Notes: generated by a model from the sequence alone, not told the origin. 64,000 bases of DNA from an uncultured delta proteobacterium (GCA_963755125.1 CAVWIP010000002.1:32001-96000), one strand, 5' to 3'. Positions 39,405 through 50,034 are shown, counted from the stretch's first letter. Translations and numbers: made by a program.

Positions 39405-40826
39405 ATGAACGACGAACAACCACGGCGCGATCCCTACGACGACCAGGTCTATTCCCCAAGGCCTGCGGATGCGGCACGACGCAGTCCACTTTACTCTATC
39501 CCCTATCAAGATCACTTCATCCTCTATTCGCCACTGCGGCGGTTGGCGTTCGCAGGAAACCGGGCCATGGCGAACTTGGCGGCAGCCACATTGGCTGAGC
39601 CGGATGGCAAAGAGCCGGCCGCACAGTCAGAGGCCCGCACTTTTCTCGAATCCGTCGGGCTCTTACAGCCGCCGCTGGTGGATCCGGCCGTTCTCGACGG
39701 GGAGACGCCCTTCGCGCCGTCCATTGTCGTGTTGCTGCTGACGACCTCATGTAACTTCCGGTGCGCCTACTGCTATGCCTCGGCCGGTGGCGCACGCGGC
39801 GGGCTCATGCCGCTCGACGCGGGCCTTGCCGCCATCGATCTTGCCTGCCGCAACGCCCAGACACGCGGCGAAGCCAGCTACTCCCTTTCGTTTCACGGCG
39901 GCGGCGAGCCAACCCTGGCTTGGGACCATTTGCGCCAGCTCGTGGAGCACGCTCGCTCGCGATCCCTGCCAGCCAAGATCAGTCTGGCGTCGAATGGCTT
40001 CTGGACCCAGGAGCAGCGGGACTGGATTTTGGCAAGTATCGACGACATCAGCCTGTCGTGCGATGGCCTACCAGAAGTGCAGGACCGGCAGCGCCCGCTG
40101 GCTTCGGGCGCGCCAACATCGGAGGCTGTCTACGCGACCATCCGGGAACTGGATGGCCATGGCAAGAACTACGGCATTCGCCTGACCGTGACCGAGGCCG
40201 CGATCGACAACTTGGCGCCCGGCATCGAGCACCTCTGCCGCGAGACTGCGTGCCGAGGTTTTCAAGCCGAGCCCGCCTTCGGTCACGGCCGGGCTCGTGC
40301 CGAGCGACGGGCATTGCTCAGTGGCGAGCGCTTCGTGGCTGCGTTTTTGCAAGCCCACGATGTGGCCAGCCGGCACGGGCGCGAACTGGCGTACTCGGGC
40401 GCACGGCCTTTTGCTCTAACCGGCACCTTCTGCGCGGCGCCGCAGTCTGCGCTGATCGTAGGCGCCGACGGCCGGCTGACCGCGTGCTACGAGGTCTTCG
40501 ATTCCGGCGTGGATCTGGGCGAGCAGTTCTTTTTCGGCCGCATTGCCGGGGATGGGACTCTGTCCGTGGATCAGGCCCGGCGTCGGTCGTTTCTCAGCAA
40601 GATCCGCGAGCGCCGTGCCCTGTGCCGTGGATGCTTCTGCTACTACCACTGCGCCGGCGATTGCCCGGCCAAAACCCTCACTCCGGACGGCCAGGGCCAC
40701 ACGCGATTCGGTCCCCGCTGTGAGGTCAATCGCGCGATCACCAAGGGACTGCTGGCCCGCCTGATCTGCCAAGCCGACGGCGTCTGGAAGGGTCAGATGG
40801 CGTCCACGTTCCTACTTTGCAGATGA
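39405..40826 (+). CDS. Radical SAM/SPASM-domain protein (peptide/protein maturase type)
   Basis: CNFRCAYC, FHGGGEPTL, ASNG, SLSCDG; SPASM CAAPQ...ACY...CRGCFCYYHCAGDC...C. Confidence 0.93.
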   Translation: MNDEQPRRDPYDDQVYSPRPADAARRSPLYSIPYQDHFILYSPLRRLAFAGNRAMANLAAATLAEPDGKEPAAQSEARTFLESVGLLQPPLVDPAVLDGETPFAPSIVVLLLTTSCNFRCAYCYASAGGARGGLMPLDAGLAAIDLACRNAQTRGEASYSLSFHGGGEPTLAWDHLRQLVEHARSRSLPAKISLASNGFWTQEQRDWILASIDDISLSCDGLPEVQDRQRPLASGAPTSEAVYATIRELDGHGKNYGIRLTVTEAAIDNLAPGIEHLCRETACRGFQAEPAFGHGRARAERRALLSGERFVAAFLQAHDVASRHGRELAYSGARPFALTGTFCAAPQSALIVGADGRLTACYEVFDSGVDLGEQFFFGRIAGDGTLSVDQARRRSFLSKIRERRALCRGCFCYYHCAGDCPAKTLTPDGQGHTRFGPRCEVNRAITKGLLARLICQADGVWKGQMASTFLLCR

Positions 40827-41508
40827 GAGTTGGCAAGTCTCAAGTGTCCGGTGCGGGTGTGTCTTCCATCGCCCCTCCGGGCCGACCTTGACTATTTCCG
40901 GTCGTCCAGACTGGCCCGTTCGAGCTGCTCCAGACGCGACTGGCACCACTCGTTGCACTCTCCGAAACAGTCCCTCCTGGCAAGTAGCTCTCGGTAGAGA
41001 TCCATCGCCTGTTTTCGACGTCCCAGAGTGAGTAGCGCCTCGGCGGCGGGAAAGAGATCGTCTTGCAGGAAGCCAGACTTGGCGCGCTCGGAACGCGGTC
41101 CCCGTCTCGCGCGAAGCAGACGAAGGAGCGCTACAGGCTCGGAATTCGCAAGCGCCACGAGTGCGCTGGTCCAGCCGTACCCATGCGCGAGGATCTCAGG
41201 GATGGCGTGCAGGGCGCGCTCGGTGAGGTTGGCGTTGATGAGCCCCGGATGGGCGGCGCGATTCAGGAACTCGACGGCCCGAAGTGCGGTGAGCGGCGGG
41301 AGATCGGACGCCTGCCGTAGATAGGGCACCAAGGGGAGCGCGAGTTCAGGACGACACCTGAGTTCGCGCAGATCGAGGACGACAGGGAGGATGCTCTCGT
41401 CGAGTTGAAAGGGGTAGAGCGCCTTCACGAGCGCGGGCACAAACTCTGGACTTGACCCGGTTTGGTGGACACCCTCGCTCAGGAAAATGGGCGTAGAAAG
41501 GTGACCAC

Positions 41509-41814
41509 ATGTTGGACAAAGAGAAGAAGCGATCCCGGCGCATGCACACGCGCGAGTTCAAGGCAGACTTGGTGGCGCTCGTCCGTGCAGGACGCAGCGT
41601 CGCGCAGGTAGCAAAGGACTTCAGGGTGGCAAGCAGCCTGGTGTACCAGTGGGATCGGCAGTCGAGGGTAGACGAGGGCAAGGGCCCTGCTGGCGCCCTG
41701 ACGACCGCCGAGAAGGAAGAACTTTCGCATCTGCGTCGCGAGGTGAAAGTCCTCCGCATGGAGCGTGAGATTTTAAAAAGGGCGGCCACCTTCTTCGCCA
41801 AGGAGAGCGCGTGA
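41509..41814 (+). CDS. IS3 transposase OrfA (HTH)
   Basis: HTREFK...VAQVAKDF...W; EREILKRAATFFAKE. Confidence 0.93.
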   Translation: MLDKEKKRSRRMHTREFKADLVALVRAGRSVAQVAKDFRVASSLVYQWDRQSRVDEGKGPAGALTTAEKEELSHLRREVKVLRMEREILKRAATFFAKESA

Positions 41815-42695
41815 GGTTTGCGTTCATCTCCGAGGAGAAGGTGGCCTTCCCCGTCGCGGTCCTCTGCCGTGTCTTGGCCGTTTCGCCCAGTGGCTACTAC
41901 GCCAGCCAGGGACGGCCCGCCTCGTTGCACGCACGCCGTGACCAGGATCTGTCCGAGCGGATAGCCGCGATTCATCACGGGAGCCGGCGACGATACGGCA
42001 GTCCCCGTGTTCATGCCGACCTCAAAGCTTCCGGGGATCGGGTGGGTTGCAAGCGGGTGGCCAGGCTGATGCGCGAAAACAAGCTGGTGGCGCGCTGTCG
42101 TCATCGTTTTCGCACGACCACCGACTCGAAGCACAGCTTCCCCATCGCGCCGAATGTGCTGGAGCGCAACTTCACCGCGCTTCGTCCAAACCAGTCGTGG
42201 GTCACTGACATCACGTTTCTGTGGACGCAGCAAGGCTGGCTGTACCTCGCGGTGATTCTCGACCTGTTTTCCAGGCGGGTTGTCGGCTGGGCGACCAGTC
42301 GGAATGTCGATCGCCACCTCGCGCTCGCGGCACTGGCCATGGCCTTGTGCCAACGCCAGCCCGGCAGCGGCCTGGTTCACCACTCAGATCGAGGCAGCAC
42401 GTACGCGAGCGACGACTACCGCAAAGCCTTGGAAGCCGGAAGCATAGAATGCAGCATGAGCCGGAAGGGAGACTGCTGGGATAATGCCGTGGCCGAGAGT
42501 TTCTTCGCGACCCTCAAGCGCGAGTTGGAAGACATCGACGATCTCGAAAGCTGGGAGGCAGCTAACCTCTCGATTGGCGAGTACATCGAAGGCTTCTACA
42601 ATCCTTGCCGCCGTCATTCGGCGCTCAATTACAACAGCCCAATCGAATTTGAGCTGATGCACTCAGTGAAGAAAGCTGGTAAGAAAGCTGCGTAA
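41811..42695 (+). CDS. IS3 transposase OrfB (DDE integrase core)
   Basis: YGSPRV, WVTDIT, DLFSRRVVGW, HHSDRGS, DNAVAESFF; -1 frame relative to OrfA. Confidence 0.95.
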   Translation: MRFAFISEEKVAFPVAVLCRVLAVSPSGYYASQGRPASLHARRDQDLSERIAAIHHGSRRRYGSPRVHADLKASGDRVGCKRVARLMRENKLVARCRHRFRTTTDSKHSFPIAPNVLERNFTALRPNQSWVTDITFLWTQQGWLYLAVILDLFSRRVVGWATSRNVDRHLALAALAMALCQRQPGSGLVHHSDRGSTYASDDYRKALEAGSIECSMSRKGDCWDNAVAESFFATLKRELEDIDDLESWEAANLSIGEYIEGFYNPCRRHSALNYNSPIEFELMHSVKKAGKKAA

Positions 42696-45600
42696 CGAAA
42701 CCGTCCACCAAATCGGGTCAACTCCACTCGTCTATCGGGAGCCGAGCCAGAGTGCTTCGGAACTGCGAGCCTTCGGCCAGACACTGAAGCCGGCCGTGAA
42801 TGTCCACGGCCCCGTCGTCGTACCAACGCGACGAGAGCAGTGGAGATACGCGGCCATCTGGAAGCACAGGAACGCCCATCCTGCCAGCGAGTTCCTCGGT
42901 GAAGTCCCTCACCATCGAGGGGAAGTCGAAGGAGGCATGGCAGTAGGGGTGGAAGGTGACGAGACCTCCACCGGAGGCCAGTCCTAGCAAGCAGCGTCCC
43001 AGGACCTTTCCGCGAGGATTGCGGAGGTAGAGGATGCGCTTGTTGATGTCTGTCATGTTCACGATGACAGAGAAGTAGTTGAAGGCGCCAGGGGATAGAC
43101 AAGTCTCGAAATGCGCGCCCATCTGCAGCACCTCCAGCGGATCATTCTCCAACTCCAAAACAGCGTTCCCCACATTCGGGCTCGTGTGCTGAAACGAGCC
43201 GATTCCGTCTAGCCAGGGTTCGATGCGAACGCCGTTGCGTCGGAGGTGAGCGAGAAAACGTGCGTTCTTGTCATGGTCCCGCAGATCCCACGGGGGCTGG
43301 CCCACGCGACGCTTGAGAACGAGCCGTGCAAGCGCCCGAAATTCGCTGGGCAGGCGGGCTATCCCCATCAGGCACTTGAGGATGGGCTCCTGCCACCAAT
43401 CATCTGGAATGGCCTCGAGCCCAAGCAGCTTTGGAAGACGTTGCCTGAGCTCCGCATCGATCTGGTCCACCCAACGTTCCAGACGAATTCTACGGGTCGT
43501 GTGTGCGATCTTGGCCTGTAGCTTCTCGACCCTTTGCTGACTGAGGACGGGACGCGCGACAAGCAGATCCTCAAGGGCTCGGATGCGAGCGCCGAGGGCT
43601 GTCGCTTCCTCCACCAAACGCACCTTGTCCCGGAGTACCTGAAGCTCCCGATGAATCTCCTCTCGCGAGCGAAACGCAGGACCCAGTATCCTCACCGCGA
43701 CTTCCTCGGCAGCGGGTGTCGTGGCGGCCAATTCGGCTAGCACCGTCTTCAGCTCCGGAGCGCAATCGAGAATCCCCGTCAGCTTGACGGGTGATTCACC
43801 CGCGATGTGGGCACCGATGGCGACCTTCGAATTGAGCAGGTCTGCACGATCCAATCCCCGGCACAAAAGGGCGCCATGTCCGTCGAGGAGCGCCTGGCGG
43901 TACAGCGACTCAGAACCGACCTTCGACAGCAATAGCTTGCGGTCGTGCCAAGGCAGTGCGAGCAGCCCGTGAAGAATCGGCATGAAGGCGCCCGGCTCCG
44001 TCAAACACAGCCGAGCGGCTCCACTCAGCAAATCGAGGTCGGGACGGTCTGCTTCTCCCAGATTCGAGGCAAACAGCCGTTTGAACCATCGCGCTGCCAC
44101 GGAAGCATCGGTCGTGGCGCTGCAAAGCACGGAAAGCCATTCGTGGAATTCAACCTCCGACTCGCGATCACCAGACGGCCCCACGAGGGCAAGAGCATCA
44201 AAGAACCGATCGCACTGCTCCCTTGAGCGAAGAACGTCGGGGCGGTCGATGGTCCACGGCATGCTGTCGGCAAGGTTCGGGTGCCGCTTGATGGCCCGTC
44301 TCATTACTCCGAGCCAGTCGAGCAGCACTGGGTCCGGGACCTCACTGCTGAGGGCAGGAATTGCCGCCGGTAGCCCCGTGTTGAGCAGCGGCATCTGCAC
44401 CGCCAATGCTACGAGATCGCGGTGCTGTGCCGTGCTCGCACAGCGAGAAAGCCGACGAATGGACTCGAGACCTGTCTTCAGGGCGCCACACTGCCCCGGT
44501 ACGGCGCCAATCGAATTCAGCTTCTTTTTGGCCTTCGCCTCCTCCCATTCTGACCAAGCTACTCCTGTCGTGGCCGCCATTTTGCGCAGATCATCCAACG
44601 CTTGCTGGATTTCACCCCACCGTATCCGCCAGTGTTCGAGAGGTTCTTCCAAGCGACCATAGGTCGCCGAGAAGAGGTCGAGCGCTCGATGCCGTGCGGA
44701 CGACTCCTCTGCCAGAAGTCTTGTCGTCCAGTGACTGAGCCACACGCCAAGCCTCCCGAAATCGAGTTCAGAAAGCGTGAACACGTCACCCGCCTTGACC
44801 ATTGGGAGCAGACGCTCGGGGTAGAGCCCAAGAAGCGGTCCCTGCCAGGCTCGGGAGTCGAGTACCAGTCGTTCGAGCACCGCGAGCCGAGATTCGCGTG
44901 CCTCGGCTCGCAGAGCGCGAAGTCGGAGGCAAAGGGCGCCAAAGTCGTGGTCGCGCGGGGCAATGCGGATAACCCCTACGATTTGCTGCCGACGTGCCGA
45001 GACCCACTCGAGCATTTCGGCCCCTTCGCTGGGGTCCGAGCAGAAGTACCAGGACAGATCAGCAAGGAGTTGAGACAGCAAAGGCTCGGTGCCTACTAGC
45101 TCCGCGGCTGTTCCGGCGATCGGATTTCCGAATCGTGCTTCCCTGCCGAACAGGGAACGTGGAGCACGACCATCGCGGAGCCCTTGCTTGACCCAGCCCA
45201 CGGCTGCCTTCATGTTGGCGGACCAGACATCCACGTCGCCGACCGCATCCGCGAGGGCTCGGGGAAACCGCTGCGGCAACTCGGCGATTGCCCGACTGGC
45301 TTTCGTGATGACGGTCGAGTCGATGGTGATTCGCTCTGGGCCTTCCTTTGCACGAAGGGGAAAGACCCAGTCGACGTTGCCCGACTGCCACTTCTTAGGG
45401 TACCCACGAAGCCAGTCGAGATCCGCCTTGAGCCGCGCGCGCACGAGGGCGAGCGCTCGCGCCTTTCGTGTCTCTTCGGAGTGGTGGGGTTTCATGCGCG
45501 GGAGACCCGCCGTGGACCAGTGCAGGGGCGAAGGGGCACGGCGGCGCTGATGATGGTACCCGTCGTCGCCTCGATAATCGAGGATTCTCCGGCCGAGCTA

Positions 45601-45863
45601 GAGTGGGTCGGCGTGCTGCCTCTTTGAGCCGTGCGATGGCTTTGCCCAAGGCGGGACACTCTTGGGTGCGGTCGGCGTGTTGGCCAAACTCGGCCATCAC
45701 GTATTTTCCGAGAACCGTCTCCAAGAGCCAGCCGGCGCAGATGTCATCCGCGATCTCGACTCGCTCTACGACGTCTGGTTCCGGCGCAGGGTGAAGCGCT
45801 TCGGCACGGGATGCTTCGCCCATCCGTCCTAAACACCGTGCTGGCCTGCCGAGTGGTGTCTTC

Positions 45864-46231
45864 TCACGCTCGCCGAAAGAAGATGAATTTCTCCAGGTCC
45901 TGCTTCACAACCCGGACCGCATTGAGCACTCGAACATGAGGGAGCGCCCCGGAGGCGCACAACTTGTACACCGTGGCCGTGCAGACTCGAAGTCTAGCCG
46001 CGACCTCCTTCGCGGTCAGGAGCGAAACCTGGTTGGCCTGGAGTAGGCGCAGGGTAGGGGACGTCGTGTGCTCGGCCCGCTCGCCTCGCCCACCGGGTAC
46101 CACAGGGGAACCAAAACGGGTGTGAAAGTCTGCTAATGGCTGGTACAGTCGGACTGTGACGCGGGATCGATCCTGAACGATTGCCGACAGTTGCGAACCG
46201 TTGATACTGCCTGCGACGGTCCCGTCGGAGA
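45864..46231 (-). CDS. Detached 3' part of the integrase gene ending in an excisionase-like HTH
   Basis: LLTAKEVAARLRVCTATVYKL...LPHVRVLNAVRV; frame open without stops from the right att core. Confidence 0.8.
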
Positions 46232-46274
46232 TTTGGGTGCAGGATGTCGTCGGTTCAAATCCGGCCGCCCCGAC
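46232..46274 (+). repeat. att core, right copy (displaced tRNA 3' end, with CCA at 46274-46276)
   Basis: Identical to 34751-34793. Confidence 0.95.
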
Positions 46275-46341
46275 CAGGACAATCGACCGGCTCTCGCTGA
46301 ACCGCCGACGTTCTCAGGTCAATCGACAGACACCGCGCGCG

Positions 46342-47997
46342 TCAGTTGCCGTACCCCGCCGCGACGATGTTCGCCTGGACGGCTTGGGCCGTTACATCGG
46401 ACGCCGCGCCCGAGGTCAAGACGCCTTCGTAGAAGTCGCCCTGGGCAGTGTCGGTGCCGTCGCCGCCGGTGCCGAGAACGATGGCGCCCTGCTTTTTCAT
46501 CGGATTATAGCCGCTTGGACGTACGCCGTCGTAAAAGCTCGTTAGGGTTCCCGTTTGCGCGTTACCACCTAGGAGCGCGAACGACCCGGATCTCCCTATC
46601 ACCATCGCAGTTACATACGGGGACGTTTGCGAAGTATCCGCGGCGTTCGCGGCAAAGCTCGCTTGCGCGTAGACGCCGTTTTCCATGTCCGCCATGACCC
46701 AGGGACCGGCGCCACCCCCCTTTCCTTGAGACGTCCAGTTGCCAAAATAGACAGCCTCCATGGTGCCCGCGCCATCGTCATGGTTGTCCGTCTCGGCGTT
46801 TCCGTAATCGAAGCAGCAACTGGCGTTGAAGAAGGTGCCGCTCGTCACCATGTATTCGGTCTCTGGCTGGTCGCCGGTCGCGACGCCTGTGGTCTGGTCG
46901 ACGCGGTAGCCGTATCCGACAGGGAGGTGGACGCCGTAGACCGTGTGACCGGAGATGGTGAACTTGAGGGCCGTCGCGTCGGCCTCTTTGGGAGCCGTCG
47001 TATTTCTCTGACCGATGGGCGCCTGCTTGAGGTGGTTATTCTTGCCGGACTGGTCGTAGATGATGGTGATGGTGCACGTCGTGCCTGTGCAGAAGGTGTC
47101 CTGCGTGGCCGAGTTGGCGAAGCCTCCTGGGCTCAGCACCCCGATGTCTTTCGTCGTGTTGTCCGAGGCGCGCGTGACCTGGTAAAGGTTGCCGTTGTAC
47201 GCGCCCAAAAGAGCCCGCACCGTGCTGTGGGCTGCGACACAGGGGGCATTGCCGGCTGCAAAGATGTCGCAAGGCCCAGTACCGGCCGTTGTCGTGCCAC
47301 CCGCGCCGGTCTTTCCGCCTGCGCCGGGGATTCCACCCGAACCGGTGGCACCGCCTGAACCAACCTGACCGCCGCTTGCGCCTCCAGTGGTTGCCCCACC
47401 GGTTGAAACTGTTCCACCCGCAGCCTTTGTACCGCCAGTGCCGGTGATGCCCCCAGTTGCAATTCCACCACCGGTCGCAAGCGAACCGCCTGTAGCCATT
47501 GCGCCGCCCGCGCTCCGCATTCCACCGGTCGCGATGCCGCCGCTTGCGGGAGTGCCCCCCGCGCCCGTGGCTGTGCTCCCTCCGCTGGCAAGCGAGCCAC
47601 CTTCCGCGACCGAGCCGCCAGTCCCCGCAGAGCCTCCCCCCGTGTTCGAGATTCCGCCCGCGGCACTGCTTCCTCCTGTGCTGGTCACACCTCCGGTCGC
47701 GGCGTTGCTCGTGCCGCCTGTCCCTTGTCCTGTTGCGCTGCCGCCGCTCCGCATTCCACCGGTCGCCATGCCTCCGGTTGCGGGAGTGCCCCCCGCGCCC
47801 GTGGCCGTGCTCCCTCCATTGGCAAGCGAGCCACCTTTTGCGGCGTTGCCACCGGCGTTGCCCGTGCCGCCTGTCCCCTGTCCTTTGGACTCGCCAGATC
47901 CAGAGCATCCCAGTAGGAAAGCTCCGACCATCCCGGAGAGCAGCAGAGTCCTTGCAAACCGAAGCGTTCGCGTGACGCTTGGCGCCGTGTGCATCAT
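46342..47997 (-). CDS. GH54 alpha-L-arabinofuranosidase B lipoprotein
   Basis: Lipobox LLGC; Gly/Thr linker; GPCDI...CVAAHSTVRAL, CCFDYGNAE, GTMEAVYFG, ADMENG, KQGAIVLGTGGD; no CBM42. Confidence 0.93.
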   Translation of the reverse strand: MMHTAPSVTRTLRFARTLLLSGMVGAFLLGCSGSGESKGQGTGGTGNAGGNAAKGGSLANGGSTATGAGGTPATGGMATGGMRSGGSATGQGTGGTSNAATGGVTSTGGSSAAGGISNTGGGSAGTGGSVAEGGSLASGGSTATGAGGTPASGGIATGGMRSAGGAMATGGSLATGGGIATGGITGTGGTKAAGGTVSTGGATTGGASGGQVGSGGATGSGGIPGAGGKTGAGGTTTAGTGPCDIFAAGNAPCVAAHSTVRALLGAYNGNLYQVTRASDNTTKDIGVLSPGGFANSATQDTFCTGTTCTITIIYDQSGKNNHLKQAPIGQRNTTAPKEADATALKFTISGHTVYGVHLPVGYGYRVDQTTGVATGDQPETEYMVTSGTFFNASCCFDYGNAETDNHDDGAGTMEAVYFGNWTSQGKGGGAGPWVMADMENGVYAQASFAANAADTSQTSPYVTAMVIGRSGSFALLGGNAQTGTLTSFYDGVRPSGYNPMKKQGAIVLGTGGDGTDTAQGDFYEGVLTSGAASDVTAQAVQANIVAAGYGN

Positions 47998-48414
47998 CTC
48001 AAGACTCCTCTCGCCAAAGCAGCGGCGATCGCGGTCGTTGGGCATCATTGAATTTGCATCCTTTCTGATGATAGTTCCGCCAGCACCTCTCCACGGCTCG
48101 AATACCTATCGCGGAGACCATCGCATTGAACGGCGCCATGACGGTCGAGTCCGACACTACGCGTTTGCGCGCCGGATTCCGGCGTCGCGGTGGCTACCTT
48201 GCCTCGCGAGGCCATCGCCGGTGTTGTGGTCACGCTCGCCGGGGCGGCGAGGACCAGCCGTCGGCTGGCATGGCCAAGCCGCAGGGCACGGCCGACGCGG
48301 GAAACGCGCGTTGTTCGGCTGCCTCCGCGAACTCTTCCTCGGCATCCACGTCTCTCGACGGGGTTGCCGCTCTTGCGTACAGAAACTGTGGAAATGTCTT
48401 CGCTCGTAGCTGGG

Positions 48415-50034
48415 CTACAGGCCCCACGAATACTGAAGCCGGGCGAGGCCGGAAGCGTTGGTCACGGTCAATGTGAGAGTGGACCCCGCTCCGCTAATCT
48501 TGGCGACGCTCATCCCGTTCGTGCCTTCCAGGCCCGCCCAAAGACAGCCACCCATCGGATAGGCCCTGAACTGGTCCGGAACCCCCATCATGAAGGCACT
48601 GTTGACGTCAGTGGGAGTGCCGGTACCACTGTAAACGACCCCGCCGCTCAGCGGCGCTCCCCATTCCGTCGCGACGGTCCGGCTGGAATAGGCGCCCACC
48701 TTCTGTTGGATGACCTGCTCCCAGCCTGCGGCTGTGAGCGAGTTGCTGTTCGAAGGATACACGTGAAGGTTCAGCAAGGTTCCGTTCAGACGAGAGTCCG
48801 CCCCCACCTGCGTCACATCGGCATCCCACCCGTTTCCAGTCACGACCCCAGCCACGAGGACCCGCGCCCTGGGAACATTGGGGAACAGGGCCAGCCACTG
48901 CGCCACCAAGTCAGCCCACGCCGGCTCGGTATACCCGTAGGGCTCGTTGGCGATATCGAAATAGACTAGGGGGTTGTCATTGTATGTGGTGATGACGGTT
49001 TGCCACATAGTGTTGAAGGCGGTCACGTCGTCGGGTTTGCCATTTTGGTGGGCCCAATAGCCCAAGATGACCTTGAAGTTCTGGCTGGTGGCTGCGTCGA
49101 TGATTGCCTTGTAGCCCGTCGTCCACCAGGTACCTGACACCGTGGGCTCGTTGATCCCCACCCGGATGGTATTGGCTTCCAGGACCGATTGGAAGCCGGA
49201 CAAGATCGCGTTGGCCGTCACCAGGGCCGTGGCGTAGGTGTCCGTCGTAGCAGAGAGCCCGGTCGGCTGAATATTGCCCGTCTGGTAGTTGTCGCCAGGA
49301 TCTGCCCAGTTGACGCAACGGAAGCTCGATGTGTCCGCAGCCAGGCCGGCATCGCCGCTGCTCGTCGAGCCGCCAGGCGCCGTGGCGCCACCCGTGCTGG
49401 TGGTTCCACCCCTGGCTCCGCCGGTGTTTCCACCAGCGGCCGTGGTTCCGCCGAGAACCGGGGTTCCGCCGGTACCCGTTTCGATGTTGGTCGTTCCCCC
49501 GGCTCCCGTGGTGCCGCCCGCTCTTCCGCCGCTGGCCGTGGTGCCACCTCCTCGCGTGGTGCCACCAGCCGCTCCGCCGGCAGACGACGTGCCGCCCGTT
49601 GCTGTGGTTCCGCCTGAGACTGTGGTGCCGCCCGTGGGCGTCGAGCCACCTGTGGGCGCGGAGCCCCCGGTGGCCGGGGAGCGGCCACCCGTGGGACTGC
49701 CTCCCGTCGGGCTGGTGCCTCCCGCTGCGCTGGTGCCTCCCGCTGCGCTGGTGCCTCCCGCTGCGCTCGTGCTGCTGGTCGCGCCACCGGAAGGTTGGAT
49801 GCTTCCTCCAGCCGCGGGCATCCCGCCTGTGGCTGGAGTCGTCGTGCTGCCCCCTTTCGCCACAGTGCCCCCAGTGCTCGTGGTACCGCTGCTAACAATT
49901 ACGCCGCCGCCCCCGAGGCTACCGCCGGTCCCCTTTCCAGGACTGCTGCTGCTAGAGCATGAGCCGAGAGCCAGGGCCAGTGAGAAACCTGTCAGCACTG
50001 TGAGACGGATCGAATGCTGAGGGAGGGAAGTCAT
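48415..50034 (-). CDS. GH5 glycoside hydrolase lipoprotein
   Basis: GGAGG RBS; lipobox LGSC; linker; VNWAD..DN, IANEP, LHVY, TEWG. Confidence 0.85.
   Translation of the reverse strand: MTSLPQHSIRLTVLTGFSLALALGSCSSSSSPGKGTGGSLGGGGVIVSSGTTSTGGTVAKGGSTTTPATGGMPAAGGSIQPSGGATSSTSAAGGTSAAGGTSAAGGTSPTGGSPTGGRSPATGGSAPTGGSTPTGGTTVSGGTTATGGTSSAGGAAGGTTRGGGTTASGGRAGGTTGAGGTTNIETGTGGTPVLGGTTAAGGNTGGARGGTTSTGGATAPGGSTSSGDAGLAADTSSFRCVNWADPGDNYQTGNIQPTGLSATTDTYATALVTANAILSGFQSVLEANTIRVGINEPTVSGTWWTTGYKAIIDAATSQNFKVILGYWAHQNGKPDDVTAFNTMWQTVITTYNDNPLVYFDIANEPYGYTEPAWADLVAQWLALFPNVPRARVLVAGVVTGNGWDADVTQVGADSRLNGTLLNLHVYPSNSNSLTAAGWEQVIQQKVGAYSSRTVATEWGAPLSGGVVYSGTGTPTDVNSAFMMGVPDQFRAYPMGGCLWAGLEGTNGMSVAKISGAGSTLTLTVTNASGLARLQYSWGL

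Larger units (their letters stand above)
41447..42726 (+). mobile_element. IS3-family element (1280 bp)
   Basis: TIRs TGGA(C/G)TTGACCCG(G/A)TTTGGTGGAC (22/24); 3-bp TSD CTC. Confidence 0.96.
40892..45495 (-). pseudogene. Large hypothetical protein (1106 aa reconstructed) split by IS3
   Basis: Removing 41447-42726 plus one CTC joins ...LPIDE to FVPALVKAL... in frame. Confidence 0.88.
34751..46274. mobile_element. tRNA-Pro-integrated genomic island (decayed integrative element)
   Basis: 43-bp att repeats, tyrosine integrase at the left end, HTH ORF at the right end, IS-disrupted cargo. Confidence 0.92.

Noticed and set aside
45395..45823. 142-aa ORF downstream of the HTH
   Set aside because: Has a possible RBS but no recognisable motif and overlaps the next gene; insufficient support
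46232..46276. Second tRNA-Pro gene
   Set aside because: Only the 3' part is present, with no 5' acceptor strand or D arm; it is the att duplicate
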